From Lytechinus pictus (taxonomy: Eukaryota): DNA of 64,000 nucleotides. A program made the position numbers and the translations under genes. The stretch's first letter is position 1. Each line of letters opens with the position of its first letter. Below, one piece after another: positions 1-13,448 of the stretch. The stretch lies in assembly GCF_037042905.1 (NCBI RefSeq), contig NC_087252.1, forward strand, positions 12,588,001 to 12,652,000. Reading direction: 5' to 3'. Under the pieces are notes generated by a model. It did not search any database. It was not told where the DNA came from and was given only the letters and a program-made list of their open reading frames with translations.

Positions 1-1346
1 CTCAGTCAGATGTTATACATCATAGATTGCGCACTTGAATACAATTCACTTCGTTGAAAGCTACGGGGGGGGGGGGGGGGGCGGAGCTGAGTCGGGGTAC
101 ATACTCCATCCTCCTGGCTTGTAAGCAGGGCACGGTTGATGGTATATATCTATAGCAACCCCCCACCACTACTCTTTCTACAACTTGTGAGTTATAATGA
201 GGAAGAGAGGCGATATGAGCACAAGAAATGCTTACACTCTTTTTTGTTATCAATTTTCCTTTATTTACTTTGTTCATATTTATGCGAATAAAAAATGTAA
301 TAAATCACTTTGAACAAAATTAAACATGTGAAGAATATGTAACGCCATACATTATATATTTTAGCCCATTGATGGACGTCAAACAAGTAACACTTGTAGC
401 TGCAATACCATAGGAAGCGCACAAAATATTTGGATGGAACACTTTATTTTAAATGAGGGGCGTCTAATGAGACGTTTTCTTTTCCTTAAAGACGTTTAGT
501 CAGATTAGGTATTGAGTGCAAGGTATCAATCTCTTCAGGAGAACCCACTCTTTCTTTTGAGTTAAAAATTCTTATTTTGTCTTTCTTTGAACCTCAGTAT
601 AAAGCTTGTACTGCTGGTTTCGTTCCAGGTACGTATTTTTTTGTTTTTATTAGTCATCGTTTTAAATTATTTGGAAAAAAGTGTTATCATCGCCCAAAAT
701 AATCTTGAATTATGTTTTAGAATGTATTTCATTTATTGGTGCCCATAATTATTCAAGTAATCATAAAAATTGCGCATTCAAAAAATTTAGACACAGTTAC
801 AAAAATTAACGAGGAACTGAATCAAGGTTGTGAAATTTATTAGCGCCACCAACGGGCTTCCTTGTATTTCCGTAGAAGAGACACGCGAAGTCACTTTCCA
901 GGCCGAGGTAAGAGAATTCGCTCTTTTTGTATGATTTCGATTTTCAAATTCAATTTTAAAATTGTATTCCGACTTACCGGAAAGAGTCCCGATGAGTAGC
1001 GAGAAGGAATTTCGGCATATATTACTTCTGCAATGAAGCGATGTTTGCTGACTGACTACTTAGAAATCCAGGGTCAAACGCGGTACGGTGTACGAGGTTA
1101 GTATAGCGTAGTAACCTCGTATTAGTGAGTGGCTCTATGCCTGACCATACTACGTAGCTCAAATGTAATTGGGTCTTCGACGGACTCGCAGTCAACATTA
1201 AACAATTATTCCGAGTGAATGGTAATAGGAACTACGCTGTTTCCTGATGATTTTCTTTATTCACCCCAACTGTCGACTCGTGAGAACTTCCGTTCGCCAG
1301 TATACAGTGGTTTTCATCGAAGAAAGTATGACTTAACCAATAACCA

Positions 1347-1348
<2 letters not shown>

Positions 1349-1408
<60 letters not shown>
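1349..1408. repeat. (TA)n microsatellite (others at ~1647-1690, ~9400-9430, ~50223-50263, 52071-52120, ~57228-57265, ~59640, ~60859-60899, ~63355-63382)
   Basis: Direct TA dinucleotide runs; they generate the spurious IYIYIY ORFs. Confidence 0.95.
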
Positions 1409-1411
<3 letters not shown>

Positions 1412-1647
1412 TGCGCTTCCTCCATCTTCAGCGCATTTGATTTCTTTGAAAGGTGAGTTTCACAATCCGTATGCCCATGAACAGAAGTGTTTTTCACGAC
1501 TGTTTCAGAAACGGATTTTGAATTCTCTTTTTTTTGTCACATCATGGGCACTGACGAAGAGTGTGACTTTACCTTTCATTTTTGAGAGCTATGCTCCTTT
1601 TAAAATCTATGATTTTATTTCTACGGCATTTACTATACCATTTATGA

Positions 1648-1680
<33 letters not shown>

Positions 1681-1905
1681 TATAAATATATAGTGTGATG
1701 ATAAGTTTACTCCTACCAAACGCTGTTAAGTTCTTCATTTATATCATTATTATTTTAATCGTATCAATTGTTTGTTATTCATTAATTTAATTATTTGTTC
1801 ATTCATTAATCTGTCTAATGAGATTATGAAATATATTCAACTCGGTGATAATTAATTGATGTGCAAGACAAACTTGGATGTTGTATCTCCTTATATTTTT
1901 CAGAC

Positions 1906-1945
1906 GCTTCTGACGAAGTCTTAATAAAAAGACGAAAGCTAAAGC
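1906..1945 (+). ncRNA. Minimal type I hammerhead ribozyme motif (Penelope-like-element type)
   Basis: GCTT-CTGACGA-A-GTCTT/AATAAA/AAGAC-GAAA-GC-TA-AAGC: intact core, stem I GCTT/AAGC, stem II GTCTT/AAGAC, palindromic mini stem III AGCT. Confidence 0.75.
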
Positions 1946-2009
1946 TAATAATGGTGTCCTGCGTCATCTGTTGAGTACGTTGGCCTCGCCTCATCTCATC
2001 TCATTTTAT

Positions 2010-4640
2010 TCATAAATCGATGAAAAAACTTGATACAATAACAATGATATATATGAGTACATTTTTGTGTGACAATCGAAAATCTAAATAATGTTTGAGA
2101 CTGAAAACTACATTAATGAAGCATGTAAAATAGTAAAGTGGGTAAAAAATGCAGGGGCCAGCTAAATAAGCAGGTAACTTCTTGAAACAATAGCAGCCAT
2201 AAGGGAGGGCTAGATGTAAACCGTAATAGGTAATAAATATAATTCGATAAAATGTCACGAAATAGACAGTATGAAAGTTTAGATATTTAGTGGGGAGAGA
2301 TAAGATAAAGTTTTTTTTTTAAAGTGCGAGTGGGTGCTAGTGTGTGAGTGCAGGTGATACATTTAAGAATACTTAAAAATAAGAAGCTTTTTTCAATGAA
2401 GATTTAAAAAATAAGAGACGCGGATTGTTTAATGATATGTGGCAAGGCATTCCAAATATCTGGACCATGGTGGCGAATTGTCTTATGGGTGAGTAATATT
2501 ATGGGGTTGGTAGTTGTTGAATGACGCGTTGGATAAGTATGTATGTATTTATAATAGATTTTAAAAATTGCGAAATGGAATGAGAATGGTTTTTGTAGAA
2601 AATTTGAGCATAAATATTGCTATTTAATATCCTCAATTTTGAATGTCTTTAAGTTGTGAAATATTGTATTAGTGTGTGCAATGTAATGTGAAAGTGTACA
2701 GATGCGAAGTGCTTTTTTTGAAGACGGAATATCGTTTATATTCTCTACTTACTACTATTCCCCCAAACAATGTTACAGTAAGATAAGTGGGATAAGATGA
2801 ATGAATTGTAAAGCATAAATAATGACTTTTTCGAGGTATGATATTTCAATCTATACAAGATCCATATCCCTCTGGATGTCAACATACAAATATTGCGAAT
2901 GTGACTGTTCAAGTCAAATTTGAATCAATCAAAACACCAAACTAAAATTGGTTTCTTGTTTTTCAGTTATGGGAATACGATCCATAAAAATGTTGTTAAG
3001 AAACTTGTCTTTACTTTGAATGTGTTGAGAATACATAACATTTATTTTGCTTATAATTAAAGAGAGCTTATTAGCTCTAAACCACATTGATAATTTCTTT
3101 AATTCTAAATTAAGTGTCAGAACAAGTATATTTAAGTCTTTGTTTGAATAGAATACATTTGTATCCTCTCTAAATAAAACAAACGTTAATTTTCTAGATG
3201 CATTCACAATGTCATTCCTATATAACAAATATAAAAAGGGACCAAAAATAGATCATTGTGATACTCCACATTTGAACGTGCAAATATTAGATGATTTAGA
3301 TTTGAAACAAACATAATGGCATCGATTGCTTAAGTAATCTTTAAACCAAGCGAGAACCACCCCTAACTCCATATTTCATTAATTTACAAAGTTAAATGCG
3401 ATGATCCATGGTATCGAATGGTTTCGATAAAGCCACAAAAACCCAACAGTGTGTTCCTTTTTAGATAAAGAATCAGAAATTTTGTCACGTTATTGCAAAA
3501 TTGCAAGGTCCATTGAATGATTATCTCTGAAACCATATTGATTAGGAATCATTAAATTATTGCTGTTCATAAAAGAATATAAACGCTTATATAGGCGATT
3601 TAATTGATATTTTATATAATCTATTTCTAGTAATATGGATTTGATTATACTTTGGGTAATCCAAGGTTGTTTGCTCTTCTTTTTATTCGATTTGATTTTT
3701 ATTAATGGCACTTTTTTTTCTTAATAATAAAGTAGTTTGTTCAAAAATCTTTCATAAGAGTCATTAACATTATGTTCAAGATAAATATCTTGCCAAAATT
3801 TTTCAGCCTAATCTACCTTCAAGGAATCAATATTACGATGGGTTTCTTTCCTTCGCATAGTGTTTGATTTGTCAGAAGCTTGGAGTTGGCGTTTGTCATT
3901 TGGATACATTGCAATAATAGGCAGATGGTCTGAAATGTCATAGTAAATTATTCCATTATTGTCAGTATCAAGTGCGTTAGAAAGATATATTACCAAGTAT
4001 TGTATTGGATACGTTGAAATTCGAGTAGGTTTATTTTTAAGATGCTGAAGTCCAAAAGATGATAATAAATTTGTAAACTGATGATCGACTGTATTGTAGG
4101 GAAATGATAGATCAATGTTGAAGTCGCCCATGATATAAATATCTTTGTTTTTCACGGAAAATTAAATCAAGACTGGCTTCCAATTCATTCGAAACTATTT
4201 TAGCTTAACTGATTGGACGTCTATAAATATTTTTTAGCATTAGTAATTTTTATGAATAAGGATTCTATATTTTCCAGCTCAATATCATGTCTTAGTTTGA
4301 AATTCAAATCTTTATGAATATAGAAAGCGACACCACCCCCTTCCCAATTTTACGATCAATGTAGAGAAAGTTGTAATTATCGATACTGAGAATGGGACGT
4401 GACGTTGAATGCAATCAAGTCTCTGTGAGGCCAATGGTAGAAAATGGAAATGTATAAGGAATGGATAAAAGTTTGGAAATCGTATCAAAACATTTCTGTC
4501 AGCTTCTTATATTAACGTGCATTAAACTAAAGCAATATGGAATAGAATTTGGAACTGTTTAATTGAAAGCCCTGTTGAGTTCGTTAGCTGTATAGTATAT
4601 ACTTTGGGGTGAAAAGATTTCGGCATTCAGTAAATCTGTC
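2010..4640 (-). mobile_element. Decayed CR1/L2-group LINE (APE + RT pseudo-ORF2)
   Basis: Fragments IMGDFNIDL, KPTRIS, DISDHLPI, QPWITQSI, NQYGFRDNHS, WFRANKLSL in shifting frames, collinear with the intact ORF at 53376-56486; boundaries approximate. Confidence 0.9.
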
Positions 4641-6369
4641 GAATCAAGCATTAAAGTACAATGTTTGGTATACGGCGAGTTGAAGAAATAACCGAAAGAG
4701 TGCTTGGTGTGTGCAAGTGCAAGAGGTGTAGGCTAAAACCAAGAAATTTCTGTGACTGGAGTTCCAACAGGCAACAAATTTATTCAAGCAGCTGGTCATT
4801 TCTAAAGAACCACAACATAAAGAACGGCAGTTAAGACCTTTTTGTTGTCTGTCTTCAAAGCCGCCAGTTTCAGTGAAGAAATCCGAGGAGTGAAATTTTA
4901 CGAATATCCGTTTGGATAATTTTCCATCTTTCATATTAATGAACAAACAAAAATGTGTACGCGTGACAAGACATCAATAACCAAGCACTATTATGCTGAT
5001 ATATTTGCCCAGATTATATCAATTTACTTTTAATATTCGAAAAAGTAAGAATTTGACCTTTACTGAAACCAGATTTTAACACTTCCGATCGTTTGTGGCA
5101 AATGAAAATTTCAAATGTGGTCGATGGAATATTGCTATTCATTATTGTATATGCCAGATGAGTGCCCGAACATGCCAAGTCGAGGAAATTTGATTCATAT
5201 TTCAGGACATAATGCATATTTTATTTTCGCATGCCTCCGAATTATGTACTACACAAATAACCATACCAGATGCGGCAAAAAAGTAATTATCATCACAATA
5301 GCATATTTCCCTTTATATATGACCTATAGCTGCAGAGTCATGCGGGAATCGTTTGTCTACACAATTGCAAGAGATATTGAGCAAAGTGCATGCCCGACAT
5401 ACTTTCTGCTGGCGGCTTGGAAGCTTGTTCAAAGGGATTTTGTTTGCTGTTACTCCATCTCATTTAAACCTTCTTGCTAAAACCAATGAATAGAGAGTCC
5501 GTATACATGTTATACATATAGCCTTTATTTCCCACTTTACGTGTAAAACTATGATGTTGAAAAGATAATTAGGAACGTTTTTGAATCAATAGAAAGCCAA
5601 CAATAATTAGATTAGAAATACTTTTCTATCGTTTCATGACATCATTAATCATAAAGTTTATACTGGAACTCAGTTTCTTTTCAAAAGAAACAGAAATTTA
5701 AGTATCAATTTGCTGAAAGTGTTATTATATCCTAAAGTTACATGTTTTCGTACTACATTTTCTTTAATTTAGTATATTTATGTTCCTGCCCCAAATTATG
5801 CAACAGAAACTCCATGTGCCTTTTCAAGATTGTATGTATTTATTTAACTAGTCACTGTCTGCTGGTTTATGATATCAGAATATTGAATTAAGCAGTTGAA
5901 CTACAAACTTTAAAAGTTATTTATTATTTCTCATGTTATTGTAAGCGTGTTATTCAAATTAATTACAAGTAAATGGGTTTAAAATCTAAAACAGGCAACA
6001 AACAAGTGAAAGTTATTGAGTCATGGTTTTGCAAGTAAATTTCTGAAACAAATGTAAGTATTTTGGCAAATGTATATATTTTTATAATTTTTTGCATGAT
6101 TAAAAGTACACTTTAAAATAGGAAAGAAAAAATGTAAAAATGTACTTAGAGAGGAAACGCAATGAGATGGTATGGTGAAGCTCCAAATCAAAGAGTAATG
6201 TGAGAAAGTCAGAAAGAAAGAGTTAGGAATGGAATATAAACAAACAAGACTGAGTTGAGGTAGATAAAAATGAAACAATGATATACCGTAAACACTCTTT
6301 TACCAAAGCAGATGCTTCCAATGTCAAATTATTGGTCTGTAGTGTAAAGAAAGAATTCTTACTTTTTAA

Positions 6370-6927
6370 AGGACAAGTCCACCCCAACACAAATTTGATT
6401 TGAATAAAAAGAGAAAAATTCAACAAGCGTAACACTGAAAATTTCATCAAAATCAGATGTAAAATAAGAAAGTTATGACATTTTAAAATTTCGCTTCATT
6501 TCACAAAATAGTTTTATGCACATCTCGGTCAGTATGCAAATGAGGGAATTGATGACATCACTCACTCACTATTTCTTTTGTATTTTATTATATGAAATAT
6601 GAAATATTTTGATTTTCTCGTCATTGTCATCTGAAATTAAGTTTCATTCGTCCCTGAACACGTGGAATTCCATTATTTTAACATTTCGTGCTTCAGCCGA
6701 GGAGGACCTGATCATCAAATTTGTAAAAATTGAAATATTGTATAATTCAAACAATAACAAAAAATAGTGAGTGAGGGACATCAACATCACTATTATGTTA
6801 AAAATAAGCGTAACTTTGAAATGTCATAGCTGTCTTTTTTTACATCCGATTTTGATGAAATTTTCAGCATTGTGCTTGTCTGATTTTTCTCTGTTGATTC
6901 AAATCAACATTTTTCTGAGGTGGACTT
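6370..6927. mobile_element. TTAA-flanked MITE (Kolobok-like), right terminus eroded
   Basis: TTAA|AGGACAAGTCCACCCC start; ~120-bp imperfect inverted arms (6370-6490 vs 6805-6927); related right-end fragment at ~14770-14980. Confidence 0.7.
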
Positions 6928-8158
6928 AACATCACCTTATTTTTTATGGGGAGGGGTAAATTCCTAGTCATAATCCTTTAACTTTTACTTTTATGAGGTC
7001 ATTTTTAAAGACCCCCCCCCCCAAATAAAAAGGAGTAATGTCTCAATTAAACAAAGCAAAGACCCCTGAGGGACAAGGGCTGGTTGGAGCATGGCGGTGG
7101 AACCAAAGTGGTGTGGGGGAGGGGGTGCACATGTTTGGGAGGTAAAACTAAGGTTTGAAAATCAGCTGTTGAAAGCAGAAGGGGTACACATTTCATTTTG
7201 CTTGCCAGTGTCGGAACTCCCTTGCCTCAGCGGAAGATTTCACATTCGCCCAGTGTACCCCAACCCTACGTCCTGAAGGAATGCTAGAGTGTTTGTGTTC
7301 CTAATGCCCACCACCTTTAAACTTCTTTATTTTGATGTCCGTTTTTAAGTACCTCTCCCGCCCCTCCAAAAAATATGAATATTACTGAATGGGGTATTTA
7401 ATACCTTCATATTATGGCGTTAACATTGTAAGGAAGTTTCGAAGACATTTAGAAATTAATATAAATCTTGTTATGAAAGTTGTGATGGAACCTCTGACTA
7501 CTGAACTACTTCTTCATGCAGAAAAGGAAATTATCAGACTGATTTCAGAGGAGGACATTTGATGAAGTGAAATCATCGACTTATGATAGTCACTCGGGTC
7601 GGGGCGGGTTCGCAATCACTCGGGTCGCGTGCGAAATCACTCGGGTTTTGGATTTTTGGCGGGTTTTTTTCGATGCTTCTTCTTCTTATGTTGGTTTGAG
7701 TTGCGATTAGTCATATTTGACTATTGTCGCCGTTGACTGTTCTATAAAATTTCACTTCTCACATAATGATATTGTTAACAATATGATGTATAAATATATG
7801 AAATATTTTTGTTGTGCATCCTTCAAATATGAAAAAGATAATTACAGTATATACAAAAGTTTGTGGTAACTCTTGTCAAAATGTCATATATACAAGTCTT
7901 CACGAAAAACAAGCCGCTATCCCAGTTCCAACTAGTTGCCCTTTCAAAGATGCATTCATACCGGTCAGCACGGTACATTGTGCCGATTTTTCGGACATAA
8001 ATGCCTAGGTCACCCATGCATAGACGAGGGGGCGCTAGTGTACCTGTGCTTACAAACGGTTTTTGTTTTTCTTTTAAACAACAACAAGACGAAAACACTT
8101 GTGGGCTTGGTTAGGTACATGTGCAGAACATATTATATTGTGTGTGTGTATTTATATA

Positions 8159-9140
8159 CAATGCGTATCAAAAAAAGTTCACACTTTGAAAAAGCCATGG
8201 CAATTAGAAAGTATACAACATGTGGGTATTTTTTCACATATTATCTTGGGTTTGGGTCTCATCTATCCAATGAAAGTAAACGTTTTGACAGAATGTTACA
8301 CTTGAGTGACCACTGTCCATTTTTGTAAAGCTCACACAAATCTGTTTGCGCAGAAATGCTCGTTTTCACGCTGTGTCAAGGGAAGGGCGAAATCAAACTT
8401 ACCCTGCAAAACATTTCTCATAAATTTCCCTCGGACTTTTGGTCAATTGAAATAAAACAGATACATTCAAGCATTTTGTAACGATTTTGCGACCCAAAAT
8501 TTGAAATTTCAACAGTTAGTAAGCACAACCTTTACCCCTTTTGTGCCAGCTGGATCTGAGGACATAAAGAAATATGAACAAAACTTTATGTCAGATATTT
8601 CCACCTTTTTTCATTAAGTTTTTATCATTTAAAGTAGGTTTACATGTCATTTTTTATTTAATACTTGTTTCTCCACACTTTTCCCAAGCTTGACAATGAT
8701 TAACAAAATGAAAATCAAGCCTAAGCCATTTCATGTAAATCGCAGCTCAGTGTAAACCAAATATCGTAACGATGGCCTCGGTGTGTGGGGGAGTGGGGTG
8801 GGGCGCAATGCACTCTTCGAAGTGTTTTGGGCAAGGAAACAAGTTTAAAAGGTAAAAGATATCTTCAACTCAATTTTACTAGCTAAATTCCACGTGTTCT
8901 TTATTATTTAGGTCTATTTTTATTTCCATAACTATTTCAAAGTTCTGCGCAAATAATTTTCACTAACTGATCAAAAGTAAGTGGTGCTTACTCAAGCGGA
9001 AATATTTTTCGACAGTTATATCGTCAAATGCTTAAATGGATCTGTACCAATGTTAAAATGTGTAAAAAATATTGAGGATATTACAAAGTATAATTTTACA
9101 GAATTTTTATTACGTGTAAACTTTTTTTTGATACGCACTG
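8159..9140. mobile_element. Tc1/mariner-type MITE
   Basis: ~26-bp TIR CA(A/G)TGCGTATCAAAAAAAGTT(C/T)ACAC with TA on both sides. Confidence 0.85.
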
Positions 9141-9402
9141 TATACATGTATATGTATATATATATATATATATGTAGTGTTTAATGACCTATACCTTTAC
9201 CGTTTCACTTGAATGAACTTAAGTCACGCGAATTCTATATCACACCAGAAACCGAACGCACGACACTACACACCTCCGAGTCAGCCCGAATGACCCCAAA
9301 GACCCAGGTAAAATTACCCCACATTAGATACATACATATTTATTTGTATATATTCGTCATGATTGTACATCATATGTGTATGTATGTGCATATGTTCATA
9401 TG

Positions 9403-9433
<31 letters not shown>

Positions 9434-9645
9434 GTAGATGTATATGTGCATGTATTTTGTATATGTATGTATATGTATATGTGCATGTATTTTGTATATG
9501 TATGTATATATATTTGCATATATTGTATACGTACGACGTCATTGTTACATATGTTATTATATCAGTATTATATGTATATGTCCATATGTCCTTCTGTTCC
9601 TCCCTCTGTACTATTGATTATGTTTCGTTCGTTTTTGTTTATAGG

Positions 9646-9680
9646 ACCCACGAAGAAGGCCTAAGGCCGAAAGCTCGATT
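9646..9680 (+). ncRNA. Degenerate minimal hammerhead motif
   Basis: ..CGAAGA-A-GGCC/TAA/GGCC-GAAA-GC-TC; 5-prime core and stem I are mutated. Confidence 0.4.
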
Positions 9681-9699
9681 AAATTGTGGTCTTTCAGCA

Positions 9700-12150
9700 A
9701 CGTCAAATCGTCTTGTCACTGTAATGATATGGAGTTATCCCAGGCAAGCACACAGTGTGAACACTCCATTGGTCATTGTATTTGGAATCACTCAAGTGTA
9801 TGTACCAACTATTGTAATGCAGGGAGTTTGTGTGACCATTTCGTATGTATCGATTCCAAACGCAGTTTGTTGTAATTGTATTGGATGATTTGATTTCATG
9901 ATATGTAAACTTAATTCAGTAGATATGACTGGTGGACAAAATAACCAAGGGGGAAAGGCTGGAGAAATAATATTTTCCATACTAATTTATTTTCCTATTT
10001 TGGATTGGAGCCTATAACCAAACGGTTTACTAACATTCTTACCTTTAAGATAATCGAACTGCACATGTTATTAGTGGGTGATTACTATGTCTTTCTATAT
10101 TTAGTCTATACTTGCTTGATAGCATTTGCCTTCTTAAATCTAAAGGGGGTTCTACCATTTCCACCTGCAGTGAAACTCGCGATGTTAATGGCAGCCCACC
10201 AGCACATACTCTGAGTGCTTGATATTGCACTGAGTCTAACAACTTTTTTGTAGTTACTGGAGCACTATCATAAACTTGACCATAATCAAAGAGCGATCTA
10301 ATATAGCACTGCAAACCATAAGTAGCGACTTAGATGAATTTCCCCATTTAGTTCCTGTCATACTTCGCAATATACTTAATTTCCTTTTACTTCTTGAAAC
10401 TACATTCTCTATATAGGAATGCCAAGAAAATTTACTATCAAATATCATCCCTACAAAACGGTGATTATTTTTATAAGTGAGTATACTTCGTTCCAACTTA
10501 ATTGTTGGAGGGGTAACGTTTGTAAGCTTGGTGAAAAATACCGGAACAGTCTTCTCAATAGAAAATTTGAAACCCCAGTCCTTAAACCAGGTACATAATA
10601 CATCTAGATAAGTTTGTATCCTTAATCTAGTATTCTCTACATTTTTTCCAGAAAATCATATTGCACAATCATCAGCATATATAGATATTGTCACTTCAGG
10701 ATCAATTGGAATATCTCTCATCATGACATTATATAAAAGGGGACTCAGAACACTCCCCTGGGAGAGTCCGTTATGGATTGGAATGTTCTGGATTCAGTAT
10801 TTGTAACTCTTACCCGAACATGCTGAAAGGTATGTTCTGTTAGATAATTTTCTAAAAGATGTAACATATTTCTTCCTATACCACATTGAGTGAGTTTGTA
10901 TAGTAATCCATCAATTCATACAGCTATCTCTATGATCAATCCAAAGACTGTCATATGCCCTTTCGAGATCAAAAAATAATGCGAGAGTGTGCTCACTGCA
11001 ATTAATAGATTTTTGAATGTCACTCTAATAAAACAATATTGTCAGTAGTACTACGACCTTTTCTAAAACTGCTGATGAAATTAGGCAGTAAGTTATTTTT
11101 ATCTATGTACCATTGCAATCTATCTTTTATCATACGCTCTATAACTTTGGCAAAACAAGATGTAAGTGATATTAGTCGGTAGGAAATAACATTTTTGGAG
11201 TCCTTACCAGATTTCAAGATTGGCACTAAAAGTTAGTGTTTTAGAGGACTCGGGATACCCCCCCGATTCTATATATTCAACATACTTTCTTTTGTACTGT
11301 TTGGCATATTTTCATATACAATGCATGGAACATTATATTTTCCTGGAGCAGCAAATTTAATAGATTTAAGTGCTTTCTCAAATTCATTCATTGAAAAAGA
11401 TTCATTAATAACATGTTCATTTTGGTAGAAAGAATTTTGTACTTCCTTAGTTAATGTTTTATTAATATATTTTACTTTCTTCTTTTCTAAGGATAGGAAA
11501 AAAGTTCAGATAAATCTAGACTCTCTCTGGTAAGGACGTAATGGCTTTACCTTTCTCAATCAAAATAGGCATATTTTGCTTTACCTTTCTCAATCAAAAT
11601 AGGCATATTTTGTGATTTTTTTGACAGGTACACCATTTAAACGTTTTATACATGACCATATCTTTATCTCTGGCATAAATCTGTCTAATCTTCTGCAAAA
11701 CGCTTGCCAATATTCTCTTTCTGCTTTCCGGAGAACTCGTTGGGCTACTGCCTTCTTTTTTGTATTCGTTAATTCTATCAAAGGTGATTTTTCTTGATAG
11801 ATTGTTTCTTATTCTATTTCTTTCTTTAATCTTTTCAGTACATTCCTTGTTCCACCATGGGACAGGATTTTTTACCGCCTTTCCTTTTTTCTGGATTGCT
11901 TCATAAATACATTCTTTCAAGCATTTCATTAAAAAATGTTCTTAATATCATCTTCAGATTTGATTATATTATCTTTTATTATATTTTCACACTTAGATGC
12001 AAATATGGACCAGTTAACATTCTTAAGAGATATGGTCCTTAGACATGTTATTATCCTTGGCCGATTACTTGGATTTGTATGATTTTTTGCCTTTCTTTCC
12101 AAGTGGTATTTGAATAGTAATTGGAAAATGATCACTCCCAAAAGAATCTT
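9700..12150 (-). mobile_element. Decayed I-group (I/Nimb-like) non-LTR retrotransposon RT region
   Basis: Fragments PVPWWNKEC, SYRLISLTSCFAKVIERMI, FRKGRSTTDNI, QGSVLSPLL / YADD at ~10675-10765, FVGMIFDSKFSW, TKWGNSSKSLL, IRSLFDYG, FPPW; many stops and frameshifts. Confidence 0.85.
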
Positions 12151-12500
12151 CCATAACTGCTATACATATTACACTCGATTATTATTTCTTCCGGACCAAG
12201 GCTAGTTTGCCGAAAATCAATTAATCAGGAATAATAAAACTAGCGATGATTGACAAATCATTGCATGTCCGCAGAGCTACAGGGAACTAATCAGCCCCCC
12301 CCCCCAAGGCTGAGCTTTGACCGCGCGTATCCTGTTTTCAGTGAGCGTATCACCACTCTGTATATTAATTTTTGTTTTAAATAAATTTTTGTTTAATAAC
12401 TCTGACTGCTTTGTGTTGCTGCCCTCTACGTTCATTGGTCTCATAACTACTCAATGAAGTCTTCGCGCGGTCATTACGCTTATAATTGCAAATGCTTTAA

Positions 12501-13448
12501 GGACGTTGCACAGTTATGTTTGTGCGCATTATGATCTGCGCATAGTTTACACTCTGCGCGCTGACGTCACAATGTAAGAACAGGTGATTAATTAGCTGTG
12601 GGTATGACCGGGGGTATGAGCTGATTTTTCTCATCCTTTGCACTTTAACTGCAGATACGATGCGTTATTTCATGAAGCTAAAAAATGGAATTATTCCATG
12701 AACCATTCAAAAAAATATTCTCTACAATTTTAAAATACTTCACTCTACAGTGCTGCCAAGAATCACGAATATTACCACGAGTTTGAATAAATGGTAGAGT
12801 GGTTTTGATTTTTTCTTCACATAGATACTAAGCATTCGGCGTATTTTTGGTGTTTTAAAAAGCACATTTGCTCTAATAAAAATGCTGATAGTTTAAAAAC
12901 AAGCACATGAACCCCTATTTTTCAATGTCTGTACCTCTTAGGTATACCTTCCTCTACAACTCTGCAAATTTTGGTGAAAATGACATGGATTTTGAATAAA
13001 GTGCAGCATTTATTGTACGTTTGTAGTTTGTTTCTAAAATTTTACATTTTTTGGATTGGGATTTTGTTATCTTTTACGCCATTTTTAAGAACTGACAGTG
13101 CTGTTAAACTTAAAATTGCAAACAAATAGCACTATAAATAGATTCTCCATTCTAACGATACAATTATTAAATCTCTTGCGAAATTTGATGACTTTTTCAT
13201 TTATTTTGACTGAGTAATAGAGGTTTAAACTCATTGTAGTAATCTTGGGCGGTCTAAAAATGCTAAATTCTTTTGAATGCGCAATTCTTAAGAACATCAA
13301 TTTGGGTGAACTTTGAAGCCATATAGCAAAAAATCAAGCACATGGACCTATGTTAATTTTTACATATTTCGAATACTAAGGTTCTAAAGTATCTATGTGC
13401 AAAGTTTAGTGAAAATGACATGGATTTCACTTTAACTGTGGAACGTCC
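12501..13448. mobile_element. TTAA-flanked non-autonomous DNA transposon (Kolobok-like)
   Basis: TIR GGACGTT(G/C)CACAGTTA (15/16); TTAA at 12497-12500 and 13449-13452. Confidence 0.8.

Noticed and set aside
1550..1575. CTGACGA as a hammerhead core
   Set aside because: No stem II/GAAA follows
9209..9888. 151-aa and 170-aa ORFs (and other IYIYIY ORFs)
   Set aside because: TA/TG microsatellite read-through
13341..13351. CATGGACCTAT as the left partner of the orphan P-like TIR at 22743-22773
   Set aside because: Only 11 bp match; it is part of an internal repeat of the 12501-13448 element (cf. ~12900); no TSD
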